A DNA stretch of 48,538 nucleotides. It comes from Promethearchaeati archaeon (GTDB taxonomy: Archaea > Asgardarchaeota > Heimdallarchaeia > JABLTI01). The translations under genes were made by a program, and so were the position numbers. The stretch is taken from assembly GCA_013166835.1 (NCBI GenBank), contig JABLTI010000030.1, positions 1 to 48,538 on the forward strand, read 5' to 3'. Below are positions 9,271 to 19,100 of this stretch, piece after piece. Within the stretch, counting starts at the first letter, position 1, and the number at the start of each line of letters is the position of its first letter. A model generated the notes under the pieces. The model was not told where the DNA came from. It saw nothing but the letters and a program-made list of their open reading frames with translations, and ran no database searches.

Positions 9271-10593
9271 ATGGTACGATTGACTATGAAAAAAATTGTT
9301 GTTTTTGGTGCAGGTTTAGTATCAAAACCTGGGATTATGTATTTACTCGACAAAGGTTTTGAAGTAACTGTTGCTTCTCGAACTGTCAGTAAAGCTGAAG
9401 CGATTATTGGCGATCATCCAAATGGGAAATCGGTTGCGTATGACATCACTAAAGATCCACTTGATGATTTGATTAAAGATGCTGATTTAGCTATCAGTCT
9501 CTTGCCTTATGCTTTTCATCCTGATATTGCTAAAGCATGTATTAAATACAAGAAACATATGGCCACAACCTCCTATGTTTCAGATGCTATGAAGGCTTTA
9601 GATGAGGATGCCAAGAAAGCTGGCATTTTAATCATGAATGAATGTGGTGTTGATCCCGGAACTGATCATATGAGTGCTATGAGAGTTATTCATGATGTTA
9701 AGAAGAAGGGTGGAAAAATCACTAGTTTCAAGTCAACAACAGGTGGTCTCCCAGCTCCAGACTCTAATGATAATCCCATGGGTTACAAATTCTCTTGGTC
9801 GCCTAAAGGTGTTATTTTGGCTGGAACCAATGCTGCTCAATACCTTGATGATGGTAAGATTGTTTATATTAAGAGTGGTGATCTCTTCAATCATTATTGG
9901 CCTTACAATGTTGAGGGAATGGATCTCGAAGCTTATCCGAACAGAGATAGTATGCAATACGTCGAGTTGTATGGTTTAGAAGGTATCAAAACTATGTTTA
10001 GAGGTACTTTCAGGTATCCTGGTTGGTGTGATACTCTTCAAGCTTTATTCGATCTTGATTTGATGAATAAAGAAACTAAAGAAGGTATAGAAGGCTTAAC
10101 TTGGAAGCAATTAATACAGATGATTCTTAATTACAAAGGTGATGATATCAAGAGAGAAGTTGCCCAAAAACTTGGAAAGATTGAAGATGCTCAATGTCTT
10201 AAAAGATTAGAGTGGATGGGTTTGTTCAGCGACCAGAAAATTGCTCAAGGTGGTTCTCACCTAGATGCGTTAGCCGATCTATTTTTGACCAAACTTGGAA
10301 CCTTCAAACCAGAAGAACGAGATATGATTGTCATGCTTCATGAATTCACTGCTGAATATCCCGATGGTAAGGAAGAAAAGATAACATCTACTTTACTTGA
10401 TTATGGTATTCCAAACGGTGATTCATCAATGGCTCGTACAGTTTCTCTTCCAGTAGCAATTGCCGCTCGTATGATGCTTGAAGGAGAAATTACAGGGACT
10501 GGTGTTATTATTCCTACAGAACCTAATGTTTACAATCCAATCCTTGATGAGTTAGAGAAATTGGATATTGTCTTCAAAGAAAAAATTCTTTAA
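9271..10593 (+). CDS. Saccharopine dehydrogenase (glutamate-forming; LYS9/AASS SDH domain-like)
   Basis: VFGAGLVS, ISLLPY..H, TTSYVS, NECGVDPGTDHM, GGLPAP, NPMGYKFSWSP, EAYPNRDS, RGTFRY, SSMARTV; the start may be ATG 9286. Confidence 0.92.
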   Translation: MVRLTMKKIVVFGAGLVSKPGIMYLLDKGFEVTVASRTVSKAEAIIGDHPNGKSVAYDITKDPLDDLIKDADLAISLLPYAFHPDIAKACIKYKKHMATTSYVSDAMKALDEDAKKAGILIMNECGVDPGTDHMSAMRVIHDVKKKGGKITSFKSTTGGLPAPDSNDNPMGYKFSWSPKGVILAGTNAAQYLDDGKIVYIKSGDLFNHYWPYNVEGMDLEAYPNRDSMQYVELYGLEGIKTMFRGTFRYPGWCDTLQALFDLDLMNKETKEGIEGLTWKQLIQMILNYKGDDIKREVAQKLGKIEDAQCLKRLEWMGLFSDQKIAQGGSHLDALADLFLTKLGTFKPEERDMIVMLHEFTAEYPDGKEEKITSTLLDYGIPNGDSSMARTVSLPVAIAARMMLEGEITGTGVIIPTEPNVYNPILDELEKLDIVFKEKIL

Positions 10594-10603
10594 AAAAATA
10601 ATT

Positions 10604-10647
10604 GTTAGACCAATGCTTAATGCATGGGTCTAGCTTTTCTTGTTTTT
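10604..10647. terminator. Probable bidirectional hairpin terminator between convergent genes
   Basis: GTTAGACC-A-ATGC-ttaat-GCAT-G-GGTCTAGC with T-rich tract downstream and A-rich tract upstream. Confidence 0.6.
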
Positions 10648-11259
10648 TTAGTGACTATGACCATATTCTTCATGTGGCAGAATACCGTATAATCCGCTAT
10701 CGGCATAAAATTCGTGTTCAAATAATGGTATGTGTATTGGGGCATAAGTGAAGACTATAAGTAATATAGCAAGTATCGCAATGAAAACTGATGAAACTAT
10801 TAGAATGGTTTTCTGATGCTTTTCTTTAACTGGTTCACGTGTTAGTATTTTATAACTAACAAATTGTTGAATACCTATTAGAAAGAACAAAACTATAGTA
10901 TCAAATATGAAACTCTCAAATCCTGTTGCTCCATAAACAACATAGAATATTGTTATGCTCAATATCGGTGTTTGGTAGAATGCTATTGTTTTTGCGAATA
11001 CAAAATTATTTGTTTTCTTGTATAGGAAAATTCCTTCTATAATGTAATAGAGTAGTGCTGGCCAAAACATTAATTTGACATGTTCCCAGACTGATTCGTT
11101 TACTGGTAATATCCACCCGATAGGTGCCCAAGCTTCGAACCATGCGAACATAAAATGCCATAGTGCTCCAAGTCCAAATATGACAAACCATCCAACGAGA
11201 TGCCAGATCATAATTTGTTTCTTAAATGGGTCAATTTCTTCTAGTGTTCTAAATTCCAT
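10648..11259 (-). CDS. DUF6512-family integral membrane protein
   Basis: Motif LWHF....PVNESVWEHVKLMFWP; about 5 TM helices. Confidence 0.75.
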   Translation of the reverse strand: MEFRTLEEIDPFKKQIMIWHLVGWFVIFGLGALWHFMFAWFEAWAPIGWILPVNESVWEHVKLMFWPALLYYIIEGIFLYKKTNNFVFAKTIAFYQTPILSITIFYVVYGATGFESFIFDTIVLFFLIGIQQFVSYKILTREPVKEKHQKTILIVSSVFIAILAILLIVFTYAPIHIPLFEHEFYADSGLYGILPHEEYGHSH

Positions 11260-11398
11260 GATAACACCCTATTTTACGATTCCTACAAACCAGTAAAAGA
11301 ATAGCTCTATACTAAATTAAGAATGGTGATATAAGAACTTAATATATTAAAAAAAAGAAAGTTTTATTTAAAGTTATACTTCTCTATTCTCGATTGTG

Positions 11399-12355
11399 AT
11401 GTTTGATAATGTAGAAGCTGCATATGAACGTATAAAGCAGTTCGTAAACAAAACACCAGTGATGACCTCTTCAACTCTAGATGAAAAACTGGGTTGCGAA
11501 TGTTACTTCAAATGTGAAAATTTCCAAAAAATTGGTGCTTTCAAGTTTAGGGGTGCTCTCAATACGATTCTTCAATTATCTGATGAAGACAAGAAGAAAG
11601 GAGTTATCACTCATTCCTCAGGTAATCATGCTCAAGCTCTCGCTTTAGCTGCTAAAATCTCAGGTATTAAAGCTGTTATTGTTATGCCTGAAAATGCTCC
11701 TCAAGTGAAAGTTAATGCTACTCGAGGGTATGGTGCTGAAATAGTAGTATGCGGTTCCAAACCTGGGGACAGAGAAGAAGCTGTCAAACCTCTAATTAAA
11801 AAACATGGATATACTTTAGTTCATCCTTCGGACGATTTAACAATAATACATGGAGCAGGAACTGCTGCTTATGAATTAATCAAGGAAGTAGGAGAGTTAG
11901 ATTATGTTTTTGCTCCAGTTGGTGGCGGAGGATTTCTTAGTGGTACAGCTCTTGCAACTAAGGGATTGCTTTCCAAGTCAAAGGTTATAGCTGTAGAACC
12001 AAAAAATGCTAATGATGCTTACAGATCCTTTAAGGAAGGTAAAATCATTCCCTCAATTAATCCCAATACCATTGCTGATGGTTTGCGAACCCAGTTAGGT
12101 CCAAACACTTTCAAGGTCGTCATGGATAAAGTTGACGATATTATCCTTGTTTCTGAAGATGAAATTGTTGATGCTATGCAATTTCTTTGGGAACGAATGA
12201 AATTGGTTATAGAACCTTCTGGTGCTGTATCCTTAGCTGGTGTTCTTTCAAAACAAATTGATATTAAGAACAAGCGTGTTGGAATAATGGTCTCTGGTGG
12301 GAATATTGATCTTACTAATTTCTTTGCAACAATAAGATCCACTATTCAACAATAA
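11399..12355 (+). CDS. PLP-dependent serine racemase / threonine-serine dehydratase family
   Basis: FKCENFQKIGAFKFRGA (PLP lysine), SSGNHAQ, VGGGGFLSG, TIADGL, EPSGA, SGGNID; no ACT regulatory domain. Confidence 0.9.
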   Translation: MFDNVEAAYERIKQFVNKTPVMTSSTLDEKLGCECYFKCENFQKIGAFKFRGALNTILQLSDEDKKKGVITHSSGNHAQALALAAKISGIKAVIVMPENAPQVKVNATRGYGAEIVVCGSKPGDREEAVKPLIKKHGYTLVHPSDDLTIIHGAGTAAYELIKEVGELDYVFAPVGGGGFLSGTALATKGLLSKSKVIAVEPKNANDAYRSFKEGKIIPSINPNTIADGLRTQLGPNTFKVVMDKVDDIILVSEDEIVDAMQFLWERMKLVIEPSGAVSLAGVLSKQIDIKNKRVGIMVSGGNIDLTNFFATIRSTIQQ

Positions 12356-12423
12356 TGTGACATTATATCAACCAAACATATTTATATTAGTAAACCTTTT
12401 CGTTTACTTGAACCTCAATATTC

Positions 12424-12536
12424 GGAGGAGTGTAGAAAGATGGATTGGCCGTCGCATTTGGGAAAGGCTTCCGATAGATTGGGATAAGGGCAGAAATCCT
12501 GATTCAGAGTAGCAATAATCAAAATGTCACTCCTCC
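12424..12536 (+). ncRNA. Candidate structured non-coding RNA or cis-regulatory leader, family unknown
   Basis: Perfect 9-bp terminal helix GGAGGAGTG/CACTCCTCC; internal G-U-containing stems; about 46% GC (52/113, hand count) between AT-rich flanks; TATA-like TTTATATT at 12381 and T-run at 12541. Confidence 0.5.
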
Positions 12537-12579
12537 ACTATTTTTAGAAAAGTAAAAAAGTCCCCAATGAATTCTATAT

Positions 12580-13344
12580 ATGAGTGTAATGACTGAAGAG
12601 AATACACTAGCAGCAGCTATATCTGCAGTAAATCAACTTATAGAAAAAAAGAATCAAATAAAAATCGTTGCTTTAACAGGTTCTGGAATATCAAAAGGAT
12701 CTGGAATACCTACTTTTCGAGGTAAGGATGGTTTATGGAAGAATTATAATGCCATGGAATTAGCAACTCCGCAAGCTTTTGGAAGAGATCCTCAACTCGT
12801 TTGGGAATGGTATGCTTGGCGTATCGGAATTATTCTAACAAAGGATCCTAATCCTGCTCATCATGCTTTGGTAAAGTTGCAAGAAAAGGGATTGCTTGAA
12901 TGGATTATTACACAAAATGTTGATTCATTACATTTTAGAGCTGGTTCCAAGAATTTACTTGAGGTTCATGGAAATATTTTTCGCACGAAATGCATGAGCT
13001 GTGAGAAGAAAATAATGCTATCAGAAGCACCTATAGAACCGCCTTTGTGTGAATGTGGGGAGATGCTTCGTCCAGATGTCGTATGGTTCGGTGAATCATT
13101 AGATAGAAATGTTCTACAAAAGGTTGATGAAATAATTAGAACCGAATGTGATGTTTTACTTGTTGTAGGTACTAGTGGTGTTGTGTACCCAATAGCAGAT
13201 TTACCTTACTTAGCAAAAATGAATGATGTCATAGTAATCGAGTTTAATGTTGATGAAACACCAATCACACAATTAGCAGATTATACGATACTTGGAAAAT
13301 CCGAAGAAATACTCCCTAAATTTGTTGAAGGTATAATACATTAG
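12580..13344 (+). CDS. cobB: NAD-dependent protein deacylase (sirtuin, class III-like)
   Basis: TGSGIS..SGIPTFRG, WEWYAWR (YxxR), TQNVD, HGN, CxxC..CxC zinc site, RPDVVWFGE, GTSGVVYP. Confidence 0.93.
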   Translation: MSVMTEENTLAAAISAVNQLIEKKNQIKIVALTGSGISKGSGIPTFRGKDGLWKNYNAMELATPQAFGRDPQLVWEWYAWRIGIILTKDPNPAHHALVKLQEKGLLEWIITQNVDSLHFRAGSKNLLEVHGNIFRTKCMSCEKKIMLSEAPIEPPLCECGEMLRPDVVWFGESLDRNVLQKVDEIIRTECDVLLVVGTSGVVYPIADLPYLAKMNDVIVIEFNVDETPITQLADYTILGKSEEILPKFVEGIIH

Positions 13345-13413
13345 CTATTTTCTTCTAAATTTGTGCTAAAAGCTTTTATTTAACTAAGAATTATTTTTGT
13401 TGGTTAAAAGAAC

Positions 13414-14334
13414 ATGAAGAAATGGTTAAAGATTACACTCACTACCATTGGTTTGGTTGTTCTGGTTTTTGGTTCTCTCCTAATTTTTTCGATTATCCCT
13501 TTGATTGGAAAAAATACCATGCTTCATCCTACTCACGAAGCTATGGACAAGTATCCTCATGATTATGGAATGACTTATGAAAATGTAACCATCACAACAA
13601 GTGATGGATTAGGTTTAAAGGGTTGGTTTATTGAACCAAAGAATTCTTCTGCTACAAACTCCAACATAACAATAATTGTCTTACATGGAGCTACTCATTC
13701 AAAGACTTGGATGTTGGATCATTATGGAGAAGGATTTTATAATTTAGATTATCGATTGGTCTTCTTTGATTCTCGTAATCGAGGTGAATCTCCAGATACA
13801 AATCTCGGGTTGACTTGGGGTATTGATGAAGTAAAAGATGTGCAAGCTGTAGTAAATTACACAAAATATCAACCTGGAGTTAATGCTTCCCAAGTTGTCT
13901 TGTTTGCTGAAAGCCAAGGGGCTGCAACTATCCTGTTCTATACTGCTCAGTTCAATGATGTTTCTGCTTGTATTGCTGATTCTTCTTGGGCTTATGGTGA
14001 TCAAATGATTCGACAAGCTTACCCTATTAGATCAGGTTTCCCTTGGGCTATTTTTGGACAGATAACTATCGCTAAGATGGAAACTCATTATGGGTATTCG
14101 TTTGCGGATATATCCCCTGCGAAAGAAGTTTACAATATTACTATCCCTACATACATTATCCATGGTAATGCTGATTTGGATATTAATCCAGAAGATGCTA
14201 CAACCATCTACAATGCGCTAAATAATACTGCTTCAAAATTACTCTGGCGGGTAGATGATAGAGGTCATGTAAAAGCATACTTGGAACCTAATTATTTCAC
14301 GAATATTCAGCAATTCATAAACAATAATATTTGA
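13414..14334 (+). CDS. Membrane-anchored alpha/beta hydrolase
   Basis: N-terminal TM; DGLGLKGWF, VLHG, DSRNRGES, nucleophile elbow AESQG, IHGNAD, GH. Confidence 0.85.
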   Translation: MKKWLKITLTTIGLVVLVFGSLLIFSIIPLIGKNTMLHPTHEAMDKYPHDYGMTYENVTITTSDGLGLKGWFIEPKNSSATNSNITIIVLHGATHSKTWMLDHYGEGFYNLDYRLVFFDSRNRGESPDTNLGLTWGIDEVKDVQAVVNYTKYQPGVNASQVVLFAESQGAATILFYTAQFNDVSACIADSSWAYGDQMIRQAYPIRSGFPWAIFGQITIAKMETHYGYSFADISPAKEVYNITIPTYIIHGNADLDINPEDATTIYNALNNTASKLLWRVDDRGHVKAYLEPNYFTNIQQFINNNI

Positions 14335-14354
14335 AGTAGAATTTTATTTGAATT

Positions 14355-14900
14355 CTACTTTTCCTTCATTTTCTCCCATTCTTCTCTTAAAATATCCATG
14401 AATACCATATCATTATATTTTCCTTCGATGAAATTTGCTTGTCTTAGCTTACCCACTTCTGTAAAACCAACTTTCTTGTATGTTTTAATTCCTCTTACAT
14501 TGAAATCGTTAACTCTTAATCGAATGCTATTCAAATTCAAGTAATTAAATCCGAATTCAAGGAGAACTTTCATGGTATCAGTTCCGTAACCTTTCCCCCA
14601 ATTCTTCTCAGCATGAATTGCAATTCCAAGTTCTATCGATCGTGCAACCGAATTTAAACTAAATAATCCTGCTGTTCCAAGAAATTCTTTGGTTTCTTTA
14701 TGTTCAACTGCAAATTGAAAATCAGTTCCCACTTTTCTTCGTCGCCAAGTACTTCTAATCCATTCTTCCTCTTCATCTCGAGAGTATGGTCTAGGCTCAT
14801 GTAGGAAACGTCTGAGTTTTAGATTGTTCCAATTTTCCATTATCGCATCAAGATCGGTGAGTTCTATTGATCTTAATCGTACTTTTTCTCCTTCGAACAA
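14355..14900 (-). CDS. GNAT acetyltransferase, RimJ/RimL family
   Basis: GEKVRLR, ELGIAI, WGKGYGT, N.RGIKTYKKVGF; GGAGG upstream of TTG. Confidence 0.9.
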   Translation of the reverse strand: MFEGEKVRLRSIELTDLDAIMENWNNLKLRRFLHEPRPYSRDEEEEWIRSTWRRRKVGTDFQFAVEHKETKEFLGTAGLFSLNSVARSIELGIAIHAEKNWGKGYGTDTMKVLLEFGFNYLNLNSIRLRVNDFNVRGIKTYKKVGFTEVGKLRQANFIEGKYNDMVFMDILREEWEKMKEK

Positions 14901-15099
14901 ATAATTTTCCTCCGGTTACTTGAAAAAATCATGCCTTAACCTATTTAAATTAAACGGCAAAAATTGCAATAAAATTAATTTTTTGCTATGATCTAAAATT
15001 GTGTCATCTCTACCTCTACGAATTCTTTAGGTTCACAAATTTATGTTTTTCATTGATTTTTAGCGTTAATAATAAAAATTGGTAGAAGTAATTGTATTT

Positions 15100-16098
15100 A
15101 TGCCAAAATTTGATCTTGAATCAATTCCTCGAATTAATCATTGTTTATTACCTACTCCTCTTATCCTAATGGAGAGACTAACAGAGCACTTAGGAAAAGC
15201 GAATGTTTTCGTTAAACGGGATGACCTTACTGGCATGGCTTTTGGAGGTAACAAAAATAGAAAACTTGAATTTCTTTTAGCTGATGCTTTGTTGAAAGGT
15301 TCTCATGTTGTTCTTACAGAAGGAGCACTTACATCCAATCATTGTCTTCAAACAGCTGCATGTTGTGCTCGAATAGGATTAGACTGTGAATTAATTTTAT
15401 CAGATTCTGTTATTGGTGATCAGATTACGGGGAATATATTACTTGATCAAATTTTAGATGTGAAAATTCATAGAGTAAAATCAAGTTCAGATCGAAAACA
15501 GAGAATGGAAGAAATAGCAGAAGTATTACAAGATGAAGGAAAAGTTCCATACATTATCCCAACTGGTGGATCCACAAAGCTGGGAGCTCTAGGTTATGTT
15601 TTATTTATGAAAGAAATTGCAGAACAATCAGAGGAAATGAATCTTACTTTCGATTATCTTGTTTTTCCTACAGGTAGTGCGGGAACACAAGCTGGAATTG
15701 TTTTAGGTAAAAAATTGTATTATCCTGAAATTGAAACCATGGGTATTGGTGTTGGTGATGGAAGAGAAGAGGTAATTGCAGAAGTTCAGAAAATAGTCTC
15801 TGAATTCCAAGAAGAATGGTCACTAGATCTAGCAATAAGAGATACGGATATAGTTGTTCTTGAAGGATATTATGGTCAAGGTTATGGTGATCCAAGTAAA
15901 GATATGATTGATGTAGTTAAGTTAATCGCCCAATTAGAAGGTATATTCTTGGATCCTGTTTATAATGGAAAAGCAATGGTTGGGTTAATTGATCTAATCT
16001 CTCATGAAGAGATACCTGTAGATTCAAATGTTTTGTTTCTGCATTCCGGTGGGGGACCTGCTATCTTCTCTTATGCAGATGCATTTAGTAAGAAATAA
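15100..16098 (+). CDS. D-cysteine desulfhydrase / ACC deaminase family PLP enzyme
   Basis: KRDDLTG..GGNKNRKLEF, SNHC, GSAGTQAG, LDPVYNGKA, FLHSGG; ATG 15100 preferred to 15079. Confidence 0.9.
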   Translation: MPKFDLESIPRINHCLLPTPLILMERLTEHLGKANVFVKRDDLTGMAFGGNKNRKLEFLLADALLKGSHVVLTEGALTSNHCLQTAACCARIGLDCELILSDSVIGDQITGNILLDQILDVKIHRVKSSSDRKQRMEEIAEVLQDEGKVPYIIPTGGSTKLGALGYVLFMKEIAEQSEEMNLTFDYLVFPTGSAGTQAGIVLGKKLYYPEIETMGIGVGDGREEVIAEVQKIVSEFQEEWSLDLAIRDTDIVVLEGYYGQGYGDPSKDMIDVVKLIAQLEGIFLDPVYNGKAMVGLIDLISHEEIPVDSNVLFLHSGGGPAIFSYADAFSKK

Positions 16099-16251
16099 TA
16101 AAAGAAATTAATATTCAGAGGAAAAAATACAAGATAATAATATTCTGAGATTGTTTTTCATTAATTTATGAATGATGAACTTATTAATTCTTAAGGGGCT
16201 TGTTTAATTAGAACTAAATTTTTCTATTTTGGAAATGAAGGTGAATATAAA

Positions 16252-16476
16252 ATGGGTAAAAATAAGAAAGTAACCTTTAAGGTAAGTGGTATGCACTGCA
16301 ATGGTTGTTCAGCATCTATTGGTAGAGCTCTAAGCCGATTAGATGGCATTGAACATGCTGAAGCTGATTTTCAAAAAGGCATTACAGATGTATCATACAA
16401 TGAGAAAGCAATTGAAAAAGAGAAAATAGTTGAAACTATAGAAAATCTCGGTTATAAGGTAGAGGGCGAATCCTAA
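16252..16476 (+). CDS. copZ: Copper chaperone (HMA domain)
   Basis: GMHCNGC motif, 74 aa, directly upstream of a P1B ATPase. Confidence 0.88.
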   Translation: MGKNKKVTFKVSGMHCNGCSASIGRALSRLDGIEHAEADFQKGITDVSYNEKAIEKEKIVETIENLGYKVEGES

Positions 16477-16489
16477 GAGAAAATATTCA

Positions 16490-18976
16490 ATGGTGAAAAC
16501 AACGGCTGAATCAGAAACCGAATCAACAAAGAAAAAAGTAAAGATTGGTGTCACTGGCATGACTTGTGCAGCATGCAGTGCATCAATTGAAAGAAGTTTA
16601 AATAAAAGAGATGGTGTTGATAATGCTGTTGTTAGTCTTGCTACAAACGAAGCAGTTGTTACTTTTGATCCAACCCTTATTAATGAAACAGAATTAGTTG
16701 ATGCAATTGAAAGTGTTGGATATGGAGTAAGATTAGAAAAAGTGGAATTAGTAGTAATCGGTATGACTTGTGCATCATGTGCTATGAATGTAGAGAATGC
16801 ATTGAAGAAAGTGACTGGAGTTATCTCAGCAGCAGTTAATTTAGCTACAAGAAAAGCGACCGTTGATTTCAATCCTAGTTTAGTTAATATTTCAATTTTG
16901 GAAAAGGCAATTAAGGATGTAGGTTATGATATTGAGAAGTTTATAGAAGAAGATGCTCTTAGCCAAAGAAGAAGAATAGAGCGAGAAGAAAGATTACATT
17001 ATAGAAATCGATTAATTTTTGGTGCAATTTTCACAACCCCGTTAATGGTATTCATGTTCATTGATATGGGTATAGATGGATTCATGCAATTAACTGCGAC
17101 AAAATATACAATGTTAGTTTTAGCAACTTTGGTTTACTTTTATGTTGGTTGGCCTTTCTTCAAAAGTGCCTTCAAAGCAATAACTCATTTTACTACAAAC
17201 ATGGATGTCCTAGTCTCATTAGGTAGTAGTGCTGCTTACATTTACAGTGTTGTTTCTTTAATTATAGGAGGACCACTTTACTTTGAATCCGCAGCGTTTA
17301 TCCTCACGGCTTTAGTTGTTGGTAAGTATCTAGAAGCAATTGCCAAAGGTAGAACATCTGATTCAATAGCTAATCTACTTGGATTACAGCCAAAAACTGC
17401 TCGAGTAATTAGGGATGAAGTGGAACTTGATATTCCTATTAGTGAAGTTATTGTTGATGATATTATTATTGTACGTCCTGGTGAGAAAATTCCCGTAGAT
17501 GGTACTATATTAGAAGGTATTACTGCTATTGATGAATCCATGCTAACAGGAGAAAGCTTACTTGTTGATAAGAAAAAGGGTGATTTAGTCATTGGAGCTA
17601 CCATTAATAAAAATGGTTTCATTAAATTTAGAGCTGAAAAAGTTGGATCTGACACTGTTTTATCCCAAATAATAAAATCAGTTGAGGATGCTCAGGGTAG
17701 TAAGGCTCCAGTTCAAAGATTAGCTGATAAAGTGTCTGCATATTTTGTTCCAATAGTAATAATCCTTGCAATTGCTACAGTAACAATATGGATGATTCTT
17801 GGTGGTGTCTTTGGATTTACCCCAATAAGAGAAATTCTTTCATCACAAAATTGGTATACTCATGCAATTCTAAATACCGTAGCTGTTCTAGTCATTGCAT
17901 GTCCTTGTGCTTTAGGTTTAGCAACTCCTACAGGAATTATGGTGGGTTCAGGGAAAGGAGCTGAACTTGGTATTCTTTTCAAAAATGCCGAATCTCTTGA
18001 AAAAACCTTGGATATTGATACTATTCTTTTTGATAAAACTGGAACTTTAACAAAAGGAGTTCCAGAAGTCACTGATATTATTCCATTAAATTCAAGATTT
18101 TCAGAGCACGATTTATTGTATTTATCTGCGAGTGCTGAAAAAGGTTCCGAGCATTCACTAGGTGAATCAATTGTCAAGGCAGCTTCAATGAGAGATATTT
18201 CACTAGATGAACCAGATGAGTTTAGTGCTATTCCTGGTAAAGGAATTATTGCTACTGTTAAGAATGAGAAAATCATTCTTGGCAACAAGTCACTAATAGA
18301 AACTCAAAAAATAAGTTTGGTAGAAAATCTCGAAGAAAAAATGAGTTCTCTACAAAAAGAAGGTAAAACTGTGATGATATTGGCCAAAAATAAAGAAATT
18401 CTAGGATTAATAGCTGTTGCTGATGTCATTAAAGAATCTTCAATTGAAGCAGTGAGGATTTTAAAATCTCTAGGAAAAGAAGTCATTATGGTGACTGGAG
18501 ACAATAAAAGAACTGCAGATGCTATTGCAAAACAAGCTGGAATAGAAAGAGTATATGCAGAAGTTTTACCAGAAGAAAAAGCAAAGCTAGTTAGAGAAAT
18601 TCAAAAAGAAAATCGAAAAGTTGGCATGGTAGGTGATGGTATCAATGATGCTCCTGCTCTAGCTCAAGCTGAAATTGGTTTTGCAGTTGCTACAGGTACA
18701 GATGTTTCAATTGAAACTTCTAACGTAACTCTTATGAGAAGTGATTTAACACAAGTTGTCGATGCTATAGAACTAAGTGGTGAAACATTAAAAATTATAA
18801 AACAAAATCTTTTATGGGCATTTTTCTTCAATATTATTGCGATACCAATCGCCGCAATTGGATTACTCGTTCCAATGATTGCAGCAGCTGCAATGGCTTT
18901 TAGCTCAGTATTCGTTGTGACTAATTCCTTACGATTGAAACGTTTCAAACCAAAAATCAATCCAAATAACTCATAA
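16490..18976 (+). CDS. copA: Cu(I)-exporting P1B-type ATPase
   Basis: Two GMTCxxC HMA domains, TGES, CPC, DKTGT, GDGIND, MAFSS. Confidence 0.95.
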   Translation: MVKTTAESETESTKKKVKIGVTGMTCAACSASIERSLNKRDGVDNAVVSLATNEAVVTFDPTLINETELVDAIESVGYGVRLEKVELVVIGMTCASCAMNVENALKKVTGVISAAVNLATRKATVDFNPSLVNISILEKAIKDVGYDIEKFIEEDALSQRRRIEREERLHYRNRLIFGAIFTTPLMVFMFIDMGIDGFMQLTATKYTMLVLATLVYFYVGWPFFKSAFKAITHFTTNMDVLVSLGSSAAYIYSVVSLIIGGPLYFESAAFILTALVVGKYLEAIAKGRTSDSIANLLGLQPKTARVIRDEVELDIPISEVIVDDIIIVRPGEKIPVDGTILEGITAIDESMLTGESLLVDKKKGDLVIGATINKNGFIKFRAEKVGSDTVLSQIIKSVEDAQGSKAPVQRLADKVSAYFVPIVIILAIATVTIWMILGGVFGFTPIREILSSQNWYTHAILNTVAVLVIACPCALGLATPTGIMVGSGKGAELGILFKNAESLEKTLDIDTILFDKTGTLTKGVPEVTDIIPLNSRFSEHDLLYLSASAEKGSEHSLGESIVKAASMRDISLDEPDEFSAIPGKGIIATVKNEKIILGNKSLIETQKISLVENLEEKMSSLQKEGKTVMILAKNKEILGLIAVADVIKESSIEAVRILKSLGKEVIMVTGDNKRTADAIAKQAGIERVYAEVLPEEKAKLVREIQKENRKVGMVGDGINDAPALAQAEIGFAVATGTDVSIETSNVTLMRSDLTQVVDAIELSGETLKIIKQNLLWAFFFNIIAIPIAAIGLLVPMIAAAAMAFSSVFVVTNSLRLKRFKPKINPNNS

Positions 18977-19100
18977 TTTCCTTTTTTTCCTTCTTTAGTC
19001 CAGAACAGTAATCTTAATTTAGTTATATCCATTAGAGTTCTGTATCGCAATGGGTTTCAAACCCATTCTGAAATATAAAATAAAATTAGGCGTGAAGGCA

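Noticed and set aside
12424-12540. tRNA, tRNA-Sec, tmRNA or 5S rRNA call for the GC-rich element (acceptor-like GGAGGAG/CTCCTCC-A, ACTA resembling ACCA)
   Set aside because: No TTCRA T-loop next to the 3' strand, no proper anticodon arm and no 5S CCGAAC loop on either strand.
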